From contig JBBRNJ010000043.1 in NCBI GenBank assembly GCA_038230375.1, positions 10,435-74,434 on the forward strand: a stretch of DNA of 64,000 nucleotides, read 5' to 3'. Below the pieces are notes generated by a model. The model was not told the origin of the DNA. It made no database searches and saw nothing but the letters and a program-made list of their open reading frames with translations. The translations under genes were made by a program, and so were the position numbers. Each line of letters begins with the position of its first letter. Positions within the stretch are counted from its first letter, which is position 1. This DNA comes from Polyangiales bacterium. GTDB lineage: Bacteria > Myxococcota_A > Polyangia > Polyangiales > Polyangiaceae. Below are positions 8,233-18,458 of this stretch, one piece after another.

Positions 8233-9173
8233 CGGGCGTAGGTGGTCTCGGTCCCCATCCAACGAATCCACGCAAGGTCAATCTCCGCGAGCGCGGCGCC
8301 GGAGACGCTCTTCTCCACGGCGGAGAGCGCGTCCAGGAGGTGGCTCTTCGTGCCGGGCCCCACGAGGATGCTGCCGACCTGGGGCTTCTGTGCGAGCCAC
8401 GCGTAGGACAGCTCGAGGAGTGACAGGCCCGCGGCGCGCGCGATCTCGGAGAGCTCGGTCACGCGCGTGAACATCGCCTCGTTCGTGTAGCGCCCTTGAT
8501 AGAGCTTGTTCTTGTCGAAGCGCGAGCCCGCGAACGTGCTGCCGTCCTTCTGGTGGCGCCCCGTGAGCATGCCGCCGGCGAGCGGGTTGTACACGGTGGT
8601 GTGGATGGGAAACGCCTTCACGAATCTCCAGTACTCCACGTCGAGCTGACGAATGAGCACGTTGTAGAGCTGCTGCGCGATCACGGGCCGCGGCATCTTG
8701 CGCGCGTCCGCCAGGTACATCATCTGCAGCATCTGCCACGACGCGAAGTTCGATACGCCCCACGCGCGGATCTTCTTCTTCTCGAAGAGCTCGGCGATCG
8801 CGTCCACGGACTCCTCGAGCGGCGTCGCGTGGTCGGGCACATGCAGGTAGTAGAGGTCCACGTAGTCCGTGCCCAGACGCGTGAGGCTCTCGTCGATGGC
8901 GGCGAGGATCCGCGCGCGTGACAGCCCCTCTGGCTTGCCGACGTTCACGCCAAACCCGACCTTGGTTGCAATCTGCACGGATTCGCGCCGGGCCTTTGCC
9001 GCGCGGCCCACGATGCGCTCGGACTCGCCCTGCACGTACGCGTTCGCCGTGTCCCACAGGCGGACGCCGCGCTCGAACGCAAGGTCGAGGATCTCGTACG
9101 CCTCCTTCTCCGGAGTGCGTTTGCCGAAGTTCATGGTTCCGAGGGCGATCTTCGAGAAGGCTTGTTCCGGCAT
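8229..9173 (-). CDS. Aldo/keto reductase
   Basis: LGTMNFG, DTANAY, SERIVG, IATK, SLTRLGTDYVDLYYLH, GVSNF, YNPLAGG. Confidence 0.93.
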   Translation of the reverse strand: MPEQAFSKIALGTMNFGKRTPEKEAYEILDLAFERGVRLWDTANAYVQGESERIVGRAAKARRESVQIATKVGFGVNVGKPEGLSRARILAAIDESLTRLGTDYVDLYYLHVPDHATPLEESVDAIAELFEKKKIRAWGVSNFASWQMLQMMYLADARKMPRPVIAQQLYNVLIRQLDVEYWRFVKAFPIHTTVYNPLAGGMLTGRHQKDGSTFAGSRFDKNKLYQGRYTNEAMFTRVTELSEIARAAGLSLLELSYAWLAQKPQVGSILVGPGTKSHLLDALSAVEKSVSGAALAEIDLAWIRWMGTETTYAR

Positions 9174-9222
9174 CGCGCGCAACCATAGCAAAGAACGGCC
9201 CGCCTCATTTATGCTCGGACCC

Positions 9223-10509
9223 ATGGCAAAGAAACTCGGCATCGTCGTGGGTGGAGGGCCGGCCCCCGGCATCAACAGCGTCATCGGCGCCGCAACGATT
9301 CGCGCGTGCCTCTCCGGCGTCGAGGTCCTCGGCTTGATCGAGGGCTACAAATGGATCATGGCGGGTGACACCAACCACGTGCAGCCGCTCACCATCTCGG
9401 ACACGAGCCGCATCCACTTCCGCGGCGGCTCCTTCCTGGGCATCAGCCGCGCGAACCCCACGAAGAAGCCAGAGACGATGGCGGCGGCGCTCGAGTCGTT
9501 GCGCAAGCTCGACATCGGCATGCTCATCAGCATCGGTGGCGACGACACATGCTTCTCCGCGCACAAGCTCGCAGAGGCCTCCAAGGGTGATATCCGCGTG
9601 GTGCACGTGCCGAAGACGATCGACAACGATCTCGATCTCCCGCAGGAGACCTTCACCTTCGGCTTCCAGACGGCGCGCCACATCGGCGCGGAGATCACCG
9701 AAAATCTCATGACCGACGCGAAGACCACCGGTCGCTGGTACTTCGTCATCGCCATGGGGCGCAAGGCCGGGCACCTCGCGCTCGGCATCGGCAAGGCCGC
9801 CGGCGCCACGCTCTCGCTCATCCCGGAGGAGTTCGGCAAGGAGGTGCGCCTTGCCACGCTCGCGGACACGCTCGTCGGCGCGATCATCAAGCGCCTCGCG
9901 TCGGGTCGCTCCGATGGCGTCGCTGTGCTCGCGGAAGGCCTGGTCGAGATCCTTCCAGAAGAGGACATCCAGGGCCTTGCCGGCGTCGAGCGCGACGAGC
10001 ACGGACACATCCGCATCGCCGAGGTCGACTTCGGCAACATCATCAAGACCGAGGTCTCGCGCCGCCTGAAGGAGCTGGGCATCAAGGTCACCATCGTCGC
10101 CAAGAACATGGGCTACGAGCTGCGCTGCGCGGATCCCATTCCGTTCGACATGGAATACACGCGCGACCTTGGCTACTGCGCCGCGCGCTACGTGATCGAA
10201 GGCGGCAGTGAGGCGCTGATCAGCCTGCAAGCAGGCATTTTCAAGCCGATCCCGTTCAAGGAGATCATGGACCCGAAGACGGGCCGCATGCGCGTACGCA
10301 TGGTCGACGTGGCGTCGGACCGCTACAAGATCGCGCGCGGCTACATGCTGTGCCTGAAGAAGGAAGACTTCGCGGACCCGCGAGAGCTCACGCGCCTTGC
10401 GGCCGCATCTGGTCTCAGCGTGGAGGCGTTCCGCGCGCGCTTCCAGAAGCTGGTCGAGAGCGATCCCGGCCCCATGAGCGTCCACATGAAGGCGGCGAAG
10501 CCCGTCTGA
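9223..10509 (+). CDS. pfp: Pyrophosphate-dependent phosphofructokinase
   Basis: GGGPAPGIN, GGDDT (Asp signature of PPi use), PKTIDND, MGRKAGHLAL, GYELRC. Confidence 0.9.
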   Translation: MAKKLGIVVGGGPAPGINSVIGAATIRACLSGVEVLGLIEGYKWIMAGDTNHVQPLTISDTSRIHFRGGSFLGISRANPTKKPETMAAALESLRKLDIGMLISIGGDDTCFSAHKLAEASKGDIRVVHVPKTIDNDLDLPQETFTFGFQTARHIGAEITENLMTDAKTTGRWYFVIAMGRKAGHLALGIGKAAGATLSLIPEEFGKEVRLATLADTLVGAIIKRLASGRSDGVAVLAEGLVEILPEEDIQGLAGVERDEHGHIRIAEVDFGNIIKTEVSRRLKELGIKVTIVAKNMGYELRCADPIPFDMEYTRDLGYCAARYVIEGGSEALISLQAGIFKPIPFKEIMDPKTGRMRVRMVDVASDRYKIARGYMLCLKKEDFADPRELTRLAAASGLSVEAFRARFQKLVESDPGPMSVHMKAAKPV

Positions 10510-10513
10510 CGCG

Positions 10514-12688
10514 CTATTTCTTGAACAGCTTGCCGAACAAGCCGCCGCCGGTGTCGCCCTTGTTCGGCCCGGCCTTCGGTGCGCTGGTGTTGCGCGGCGG
10601 AATCGATCCGCTGCTGGAGCCGGCTGGCTTGTCCTTCCGCATCGCGTAGAGGCGAACCTCGCGCAGTGCGTCCGTGTTGCGCGGGTTGAGGTCCGACGCC
10701 TCCCGGAAATCCTTCACGGCCGCGCTCACGTTGTCCATCTTCTTGTGCAGCATGCCGCGGTAGAAGTAGGCGCGCTCACAGCGGGCGTTCATCCTGATCG
10801 CCTTGTCGAGCATGGCGATGCGGAGGCGGATCTGGTCCTTGTCCTGGACCTTCAGCGCCTCGAGCCATGCGAGCAGAGCAAGGTAGTCCGCTTGCTCCGG
10901 GTCGGCATCATATGCCCTGCGGCACATGACCTCGGCCTCGGCCATGTTGTTCTTCTTGAGGTAGAACTCGGCCTTGCTGAAGTTGGTGGTCGCCTCGAGG
11001 ATGGCCTGGATCTTCGCCTGATCGTCCGGCGTGGCGCCGCCGTCCTTCAAGAGGCGCATGTAGTCGTCGCGGCGCTTCGGATCCGTGAGCACCTTGTTGG
11101 CTTCGCTGATGTGCGCGAAGATCTTGCTGCACGCGTCCTTCACGTCCTGGACGGGCGCGGGCAGGCGGTCCGGGTGCCATTCCTTCGCCGCGACGATATA
11201 CGCCTTCTGGATCTCTTCGGGCTTCGCATCGCTCTTCACGCCGAGCATCTCGAAGAAGTTCTGGCTGCTGATCATCTCCGCGCGGTCCGTCATCTTCTTG
11301 CGAAGAGCGTCGTACTCGGCCTTCTTCTGCGGGGTGAGCCCGGCGTTGGCGGCCGCCATGTGGGCGGACGATGGAGACGACGAAGGCGCGGTGGGGAGCC
11401 GTCCCGTGCTTCCCGCGCCGCTCGGCATGTTGCCCGTGTTGTTCGCCGAGGTGGGAAGCCTGGGGGCGCTCTGCGTCGCGAAGGGCATGCCCGGCGTGGG
11501 CGCAAACGTGCGCTGTGACGCTGGCGCGGCCTCGATGCGGTTCGCGGATGCGGGTGACTGCGGAACCTTCTGGCCCATGTTCGGCGGTCGCATCGGCGGC
11601 GCGCGGCCGGGGGAGCCAGGGGACGAGCCTGACAAATTGGGCGCGCTCATTCCATCGGGTGGAGTTGCGAGGCGCGGATCGCGCGGGCTTGTCGCGATCG
11701 TCTCGGTCAGGACCGGCGCGGATATCTGCACCGACGATTGCTTGAGCTGCACCTTGGCGATGGCCGGCGGTCCGCCGGGGTTCGAGGGCAGCGTGCCAGT
11801 CCCAGCACCAGGCGCGGAACCAGTCGCGGATGGGGCCGCGCTGGTGGTGGGCTGTGTGTTCGGTTGGGGCAGCGGCAACGCGCCGGGCTGGCGCGGACGC
11901 ACGGACGCGGGAGGCGCGTTGGACGGCGTGGGCGGCCGCACGGATGGCGGCATGTCCACGAGCTCGACCTGCTTGGTGATGAGCAAGCAGTAGACGAGGA
12001 GCTGCGCCGCGGTGGGGCCGATCACCTTCGTCGCGGAGAGCTCGGAGACGCGATGCGGGTGCTGGCGAAGGAGGTCGAGCGCCGCACGCTCCGCCTTGCC
12101 GAACCCGAAGCGATCGGGATTGGCGTGCGCCGCCAGCCTGACCGCGGCGTTGCCGATGCGCGTCAGCGTCTGGTGCACGTGCTCCCACGGCGGCGAGGTG
12201 CGAACCCCGGCCCACATGGCGACGAGCGGATCGATCTGCGGGTAGTCTTCGGCGCCGAACTCCGCGAGCGAATTGTAGCCGTCGTAGTACGCGAACGCAG
12301 TCTCGGCCGGGAGAGAGAACACGTACTCGATCTTGCGCGACAGCTGCGTGCCAAGGCCTTCCATCAGCTGCTCGCCGGTGATGGTGCCCTGTGCGAGCAG
12401 CGCCTGCCCGTAGAGGTCGCCCGAGACCTGGTTCTGCGTGAGCAGGAGCTGATGCTGTTCGTCCGTGACGAAGCCGAGCTCCACCATGATGTCACCCAGG
12501 AACATCACGCCTTCCGTGAGGCGCGCCTTCGCGGGCATGCCATCCGCGAACCAGATGCTCACCGCGCGACCGTCCGGCACCGTGAGCTCCATGGTGCCGT
12601 TGAGCCGCCGGTCCATCGCATACACGAGGAGGTTCGAGAACGGTGTCTTGGTGAAGACGCCTTGAGCTTGCGGTGCAGGGGGTTCCAT
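10514..12688 (-). CDS. Myxobacterial J-domain + TPR protein
   Basis: N-terminal DUF4388-like region, Pro-rich linker, J-domain (NFFEMLGV...KEWHPDR), C-terminal TPR helices, GLFGKLFKK tail. Confidence 0.85.
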   Translation of the reverse strand: MEPPAPQAQGVFTKTPFSNLLVYAMDRRLNGTMELTVPDGRAVSIWFADGMPAKARLTEGVMFLGDIMVELGFVTDEQHQLLLTQNQVSGDLYGQALLAQGTITGEQLMEGLGTQLSRKIEYVFSLPAETAFAYYDGYNSLAEFGAEDYPQIDPLVAMWAGVRTSPPWEHVHQTLTRIGNAAVRLAAHANPDRFGFGKAERAALDLLRQHPHRVSELSATKVIGPTAAQLLVYCLLITKQVELVDMPPSVRPPTPSNAPPASVRPRQPGALPLPQPNTQPTTSAAPSATGSAPGAGTGTLPSNPGGPPAIAKVQLKQSSVQISAPVLTETIATSPRDPRLATPPDGMSAPNLSGSSPGSPGRAPPMRPPNMGQKVPQSPASANRIEAAPASQRTFAPTPGMPFATQSAPRLPTSANNTGNMPSGAGSTGRLPTAPSSSPSSAHMAAANAGLTPQKKAEYDALRKKMTDRAEMISSQNFFEMLGVKSDAKPEEIQKAYIVAAKEWHPDRLPAPVQDVKDACSKIFAHISEANKVLTDPKRRDDYMRLLKDGGATPDDQAKIQAILEATTNFSKAEFYLKKNNMAEAEVMCRRAYDADPEQADYLALLAWLEALKVQDKDQIRLRIAMLDKAIRMNARCERAYFYRGMLHKKMDNVSAAVKDFREASDLNPRNTDALREVRLYAMRKDKPAGSSSGSIPPRNTSAPKAGPNKGDTGGGLFGKLFKK

Positions 12689-12781
12689 GACCAACGGAGG
12701 GTCTTTGAATGTACACCAGCTCGCGCCGCGGTACACTGGCCCTCTTCCGCATCCTTCCCGTAAGGGTTGCCCCTTCCAGCC

Positions 12782-15700
12782 ATGGACAAGAATCCCCCTC
12801 CGTTTCCCCCTAAAATAGGGGACTTCGATATCGAGGAACGCCTCGGTATGGGGGGGATGGCCGAGGTGTTCCTGGCCAAGAAGCCAGGCGCCGAAGGGAC
12901 GCACAAGCTCCTCGTCGTCAAGCGCATCCTGCCGGGCTTCGTCACCTCGCGCCGCTTCAAGACCATGTTCATCGAGGAGGCGCAGCTCGCCACCCGCCTC
13001 AACCACCCGAACATCGTCCAGGTCTACGAGTTCTTCGACGCCAACGAGGACGGCCACATCCTCGCGATGGAGTACGTGGAGGGCTGCGACCTTGGCCGCC
13101 TGATGAGCGCGGCGAAGGAGCGAGGCACCCGCATCCCGCCGTGGATCAGCGCGTTCGTGATCGCGGAGGCAGCGAAGGGCCTCCACTACGCGCACGAGAA
13201 GAAGGACGATCGCGGGCAGCCTCTCGACATCGTGCACCGTGACGTGTCGCCGCAGAACATCCTTCTGTCGTTCGAAGGCATCATCAAGATCGCCGACTTC
13301 GGCGTGGCGAGCGCGCGCCTCTTCCAGGAAGAGGTCGGCGTCCTCAAGGGCAAGTACGGGTACATGTCGCCGGAGCAGGCCCGCGGCGAGAAGGCGGATC
13401 GCAGGAGCGATCTCTACTCGCTCGGCGTCATCCTCTGGGAGTGTCTCGCGGGTCGCCCGCTCCATGGCGGTCTGGGCGGAGAGGCGCTGCTCGACATCGT
13501 GCGCTCCGGCAAGGTGGAGCCGCCGTCCACGTACGTCCCGAACCTCCCCGAGGAGCTCGAGACCATCGTCATGAAGCTCCTCTCGGCCACGAAGGAGCAG
13601 CGCTTCCAGACCGCGCGCGAGTTCGCGTCGACGATCGCGCGACTACTCCTCTCGAAGCAGGAGCTCATCGACGCATCCGCGGTGGAGGCGGAGATCGCGG
13701 AGCTCATCGAGCGCCGCCACCGCAAGCACCACACACCCGTTCCACAGCCAAGCGTTGTGGTGGGCTCCGCCGCGCAGACGCAGGCCGCCGCCCCCCTCGC
13801 TATCTCCACGTCTCGCAGCGGTGAGACCGGGCCGCCTGACGGGCGCGACGTGGGACCCGCCACGCGCAGACACGAGCCACGCGAGGTGCGCCACGTGGCC
13901 GTCGTCACGCTGCGCCTGGCCGCGGTCGAGGAGATCGGCGACAAGGGGCCGCGCCTTGCACGCGCGCTCGAGGGCCTGCGCTCCATGCTCGGCGAGATGG
14001 CCTACAAACGCGGCATGCGGTGGGTGTGGACCGCCGACAAGGAGGCACGCGCGATCGCCGGCCTCACGAGCAAGCCGTCGCGCGCAGCGGGTGATGCCGC
14101 GTGGCTTGCGCTGGACACGCACGAGGCGCTTGCAGGCATGGTCGAGGATCTCCCCGTACCGCTCGCTGCGGCGATCAGCATCGTGCGCGGCATCGCGTCC
14201 GGCTCGCGCGACCCCGAAGGAAACCTTGTAAAGTACATCCTTCACGATCCGGTGACGTACCTGGCCGACGTGCTGTCCGTGAGCACGCCGCTGGGGAAGA
14301 CGTGGGTCGCGGGCGGCGTGTATCGCCTGGTCCGTCGCGAGTTCCGGTGGGGTGATGCGCCCACGCTGGCCCTGCGCGAGGACGCGAACATCACCAACCT
14401 GCCGCCGAACATCCGCATCTACGAGCTGGAGCGGAGCCTCACGCGTGAGGAGAAGGAGCTCGCGGCCGCGCCGAACGATCTCATCGGCCGCGACGCGGAC
14501 AAGGCGGAGCTGCACGCGGCCTACCACACGTCGGTCAGTGCGCTTGGTGGCGGTCAGGTCACGTGTCGCGCGGTCAGCGGCGAGCTCGGAATCGGCAAGA
14601 CCGCGCTCGTTGCGACGTTCCTCTCCGAGCTCCCGCCGAACGCACGGCTCGTCCGCGTGGAATGCTCGCCCGTACGACAAGAGGTCCCGTTCACGGCGCT
14701 CGCGGAGCTCGTGCGTGACGCCATCGGCGCGACCGGCGAAGAGCCGTTCATGGAGGTCGTGCAGCGCATCGCACAGGCTGGCGGCGGCGCAGCGCAGGGT
14801 GACGAGACGAACCCGATGGTCGCGCGCCTTGCGGAGCTCGCCACGAACCGCCAGCAGCGCCAACGCGACGACGAGGACGCGCACTACCAGCGCAAGCTGA
14901 TCGTCAACGGTGTGAGGCAGCTCCTGTGCGCGCTCGCGCTGGTGCAGCCGCTGGTCGTCGTGGTCGAGGGCCTCCACTGGTCAGACAAGCCAAGCCTTGA
15001 CGTCCTCACCGAGCTGTCGCGAGGCGCCGACCCGTTCCCGATCCTGTTCGTGTTCGTCACACGTGCGGACGAGCGCACCGCGCCGATCCTCGAGGGCAAG
15101 GTCCGCATCGAGCTCACGGGTCTCTCCACGGACGAGCAGATCCGTCTGGTGGAGACGCGCCTTGGCGTACGCGAGGGCGCGCGGGCCATCTGCGCAGAGC
15201 TCCTGCCGCGCGTGGGAGGAAACCCGTTCTACCTGCTCGAGATGATCGACGCTCTTCTGGAGCGCGGCACGCTGGAGATCCAGAACGACGCGCTCGTGCG
15301 CCGCACGGACCAGGAGATCACGGAGCTCCCGTCCACGCTCGAGCAGCTGCTCGCGGACCGCATCGCGGAGCTTCCGCTCCAGGAGAAGGCGATCACCGAC
15401 TGGCTCGCGATCGCCGGCGGGCCGCTTTCCATCGCGGATCTCGGGAAGCTCTCCCACTCCAAGGACGACGAGGTCGTCGCACGGCTATCCGCGCGCGGCC
15501 TCTGCGATCGCAAGGGCGACGTGCTCGACTTCCGTCATCCGCTCACCCGCGACGTGGCGTACGCCTCGCTCGATGCACGCGAGCGCGTGCGCATGCATCG
15601 CGAGCTCGGCGAGCTGCTCGCGCAGTCCTCTCTTGCGCGCGGTCTCTCCGCGGCGATCGTCGCGCGGCACCTTGCACGTGGTGAGGCGGGCGAGCTGGCT

Positions 15701-17140
15701 GCGACCTACTACATGGAAGCCGCGAACGCCGCGCGCAACGGGTACCAGACGCAGCTCGCCATTCGCTACTACCAGCGCGCGCTGGCGCACATGCGCAGCC
15801 GCGATCCGCGCCGGCTCGAGGTGCACGACGCGCTCGAGAACACGTTCCGTACGCTGGGTCGGCGTCGTGAACGCGTGAAGCATCTCACCGCGCTACGCAG
15901 CGTGGTCCGTGCAATGCCGGGCGCCCGTGCGTCGTGCCTTGCGCTCCTGCGAACGGGCCGCTTCTACCTGGACGAAGGCCGGTTGCAGAAGGGCCTACCC
16001 GTGGCGAAGCAGGCCGCGAACATGGCGCACACGGCGCAGGCCGCACAGCTCGAGATCGAAGCCGAGTCCATGGTGAGCGAGTTCCTGCGTGAGCTGGGCG
16101 ACGTGCAGGGCGCGCTGGCCGCATGCGATCGCGCGCTCGCAGCATGCAACCCGAAGGTGAACCCGAACGTGCCCATGCGCGTGCGTGCGGATGTCCTTCG
16201 CTCGCGCGGTGTGCTCCTGCGTCGCGTGGGTCGCGTGCGCGAGGCGATGGATTCGTACATCGACGCGATCGCCGTCTTCCGTCGCGTGGGTGCGCGTCGT
16301 CAGGAGGCACGCGCGAAGAACGCGCTTGCCTACGCCATGTTCGTGCAAGGACGGTATGAGGACGCGATCGGCCTGGCGCTCGAGTCCATCCAGATCGACC
16401 TCTCCATCGGCGGACGCTTCCAGCTCGCCAAGACGCTCACCAACATCGGCCATGCGTACTCTCGCCTGGGCGACCAGGAGCGCGCCATCGCCTACCTCGA
16501 ACGCGCGCGCCAGACGCACGAGCGATACGGCGATCAGGACGGTCACGCGGACACGCTGGTCGTGAACGCGGAGGTGTTCATGGAGCTCGGTCGCCTGGAC
16601 GAGGCCGACGCGCTTCTTGCGAACGCGCGCGCGCTGACAGATGCCACCACCAACGCGTACGACATCACGCACGTGAACGTGGTGTCCGCGGCGCTTGCGC
16701 GGCTGCGACGGGATCCGAAGGCGGCCATCCAGCTCGCCCTCGTGGCGCGTCGTGCGGCCGAGCACCAGGCGCTCGTCGCGTATCACTTCTATGCGTTCGC
16801 GATCGAGGCGGCGGCGCGCGTGGACGCGGGCGAGGTCCACTCGGCCACGCTCCTTGCGACCACGGCCCTTGGCGCAGTCGAGAACCTCCAGGGCTGCGAG
16901 TACGGGCTGGAGATCCGCGTGCTCTGCGCCGATGCACTGAAGCGCGCGGCCTCGCCCCAGGCGCCGCAGGCCCGCCAGCGCGCCGTCGACTACGCGATCT
17001 CCCTCTCGAACTCCGTGCACGAGGCGCGGTTCAAGAAGAAGTTCCTGGAGCGTCCTCTGGTCCTGGCGTTGTTCGACAACACGCCTGCGCCCGGGGTCGC
17101 AAACGACGAATCAGCGCGTGTACTGGGTGGGGCGGAGTGA
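12782..17140 (+). CDS. Ser/Thr kinase - degenerate cyclase-like - STAND/AAA ATPase - TPR multidomain protein
   Basis: LGMGGMAEV, HRDVSPQN, DFG, YMSPEQ; Walker A GELGIGKT; Walker B LVVVVEGLHW; GGNPFY; FRHPLTRDVAY; C-terminal TPRs. Confidence 0.92.
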   Translation: MDKNPPPFPPKIGDFDIEERLGMGGMAEVFLAKKPGAEGTHKLLVVKRILPGFVTSRRFKTMFIEEAQLATRLNHPNIVQVYEFFDANEDGHILAMEYVEGCDLGRLMSAAKERGTRIPPWISAFVIAEAAKGLHYAHEKKDDRGQPLDIVHRDVSPQNILLSFEGIIKIADFGVASARLFQEEVGVLKGKYGYMSPEQARGEKADRRSDLYSLGVILWECLAGRPLHGGLGGEALLDIVRSGKVEPPSTYVPNLPEELETIVMKLLSATKEQRFQTAREFASTIARLLLSKQELIDASAVEAEIAELIERRHRKHHTPVPQPSVVVGSAAQTQAAAPLAISTSRSGETGPPDGRDVGPATRRHEPREVRHVAVVTLRLAAVEEIGDKGPRLARALEGLRSMLGEMAYKRGMRWVWTADKEARAIAGLTSKPSRAAGDAAWLALDTHEALAGMVEDLPVPLAAAISIVRGIASGSRDPEGNLVKYILHDPVTYLADVLSVSTPLGKTWVAGGVYRLVRREFRWGDAPTLALREDANITNLPPNIRIYELERSLTREEKELAAAPNDLIGRDADKAELHAAYHTSVSALGGGQVTCRAVSGELGIGKTALVATFLSELPPNARLVRVECSPVRQEVPFTALAELVRDAIGATGEEPFMEVVQRIAQAGGGAAQGDETNPMVARLAELATNRQQRQRDDEDAHYQRKLIVNGVRQLLCALALVQPLVVVVEGLHWSDKPSLDVLTELSRGADPFPILFVFVTRADERTAPILEGKVRIELTGLSTDEQIRLVETRLGVREGARAICAELLPRVGGNPFYLLEMIDALLERGTLEIQNDALVRRTDQEITELPSTLEQLLADRIAELPLQEKAITDWLAIAGGPLSIADLGKLSHSKDDEVVARLSARGLCDRKGDVLDFRHPLTRDVAYASLDARERVRMHRELGELLAQSSLARGLSAAIVARHLARGEAGELAATYYMEAANAARNGYQTQLAIRYYQRALAHMRSRDPRRLEVHDALENTFRTLGRRRERVKHLTALRSVVRAMPGARASCLALLRTGRFYLDEGRLQKGLPVAKQAANMAHTAQAAQLEIEAESMVSEFLRELGDVQGALAACDRALAACNPKVNPNVPMRVRADVLRSRGVLLRRVGRVREAMDSYIDAIAVFRRVGARRQEARAKNALAYAMFVQGRYEDAIGLALESIQIDLSIGGRFQLAKTLTNIGHAYSRLGDQERAIAYLERARQTHERYGDQDGHADTLVVNAEVFMELGRLDEADALLANARALTDATTNAYDITHVNVVSAALARLRRDPKAAIQLALVARRAAEHQALVAYHFYAFAIEAAARVDAGEVHSATLLATTALGAVENLQGCEYGLEIRVLCADALKRAASPQAPQARQRAVDYAISLSNSVHEARFKKKFLERPLVLALFDNTPAPGVANDESARVLGGAE

Positions 17141-17148
17141 CGGTATAG

Positions 17149-18444
17149 ATGACTCAACTGCCTTTCCAGAAGACCAAGGAGCGCCGCGTCGCGGCCATCT
17201 TGAGCGGTGGCGGTGCCCGCGGCGCCTACGAGGTCGGCGTCCTCTGGTACGTGTTCGACGAGCTCGGCCGCATCCGCAAGGCGCCACCCAAGGTGGACAT
17301 CCTTTGCGGTACCAGCGTCGGCGCCATCAACGCGTGCTACCTGGCCGCGCACCTTGCCGACCCTGCGCTCGGCATGCGTCGCCTGGTGGAGCTGTGGAGC
17401 GAGCTCGAGCTCACGCGCGTGCTCGGCTTCGGTGTTCGCCAGATGGTCAGCCTTCCGCGCCTCTTGATCGGAGGCGGCAGCGCGGGCGCGGGGCTCTTCG
17501 ACGTGACGCCCATGGCGGATCTGGTCCAGCGTGAGATCAGCTGGCGCGCGGTGTCGCGCACGCTTCGCCGTCGTCAGCTTCGTGCGCTCACCGTCTCCAC
17601 CACGGAGGTGTCCACCGGTCGCACCGTGGTCTTCATGCAGACCTCTCCGGACGTGGTCATCCCCGACGCAGCGCCGCCGCGCACGCTCTTCCGCGCGGAC
17701 CACATCGGTCCGCTCCATGCGCTCGCAAGCGCCGCCATCCCGCTGCTCTTCCCGCCCGTGCGCATCGACGACGAGCTCTATCTGGACGGTGGCCTTCGCC
17801 AGAACACGCCCATCGCGCCTGCTCTTCGCCTGGGCGCCACGCACATCCTGGCCATTGGTCTCTCGCGCGAGGTGCATGGCGTGGTCAAGAGCGAGGCCGG
17901 GCCCAAGCAGCATCGCGCTCCCGGCGCCGCGTTCCTTCTGGGCAAGGTGCTGAACGCATTCTTGCTGGACCACGTCGACGTCGACATCGAGCTCCTCAAT
18001 CGGCTGAACCACGTCATGCTCGACGGCGAGCTCGCGTTCGGCTCGGAGTTCGTGAACCAGATGTCCGAGGCCGCGATCGAGCGCAGCTCCCCGCCGTACC
18101 GCTACGTGCACGCGCTCGCCATCCGCCCCAGCCAGGACATTGGTCGTCTCGCGAGCGAGCACGTGCGCAAGGGCCGCTACCGTGGCAATCCGCTCGTCAC
18201 GAAGCAAATGTTCCATCTGCTGGATTTCGGCGTGGGTGATGAGTCCGACCTTGCGAGCTACCTGCTGTTCGACGGTCAGTTCTGTCGCCAGCTCATCGAG
18301 ATGGGACGCGCGGACGCGCAGGCACGGCGTGACGAGCTGCTCGCGTTCTTCGAGGAGCCTGCTACGGAAACAGGAGGCGGCCCAGAGTCCCACGACAGCG
18401 GTTACTGGGACCGGCGCTCTGGCCACATACCCTTCGGAACTTGA
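17149..18444 (+). CDS. Patatin-like phospholipase
   Basis: GGGARG, GTSVG (catalytic Ser), ASAAIP, DGG. Confidence 0.93.
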   Translation: MTQLPFQKTKERRVAAILSGGGARGAYEVGVLWYVFDELGRIRKAPPKVDILCGTSVGAINACYLAAHLADPALGMRRLVELWSELELTRVLGFGVRQMVSLPRLLIGGGSAGAGLFDVTPMADLVQREISWRAVSRTLRRRQLRALTVSTTEVSTGRTVVFMQTSPDVVIPDAAPPRTLFRADHIGPLHALASAAIPLLFPPVRIDDELYLDGGLRQNTPIAPALRLGATHILAIGLSREVHGVVKSEAGPKQHRAPGAAFLLGKVLNAFLLDHVDVDIELLNRLNHVMLDGELAFGSEFVNQMSEAAIERSSPPYRYVHALAIRPSQDIGRLASEHVRKGRYRGNPLVTKQMFHLLDFGVGDESDLASYLLFDGQFCRQLIEMGRADAQARRDELLAFFEEPATETGGGPESHDSGYWDRRSGHIPFGT

Positions 18445-18458
18445 TGCACTTTACATAT

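Noticed and set aside
12689..13465. N-terminal extension of the J-domain protein (983 aa)
   Set aside because: It is antisense to the kinase domain; the plausible start is 12688.
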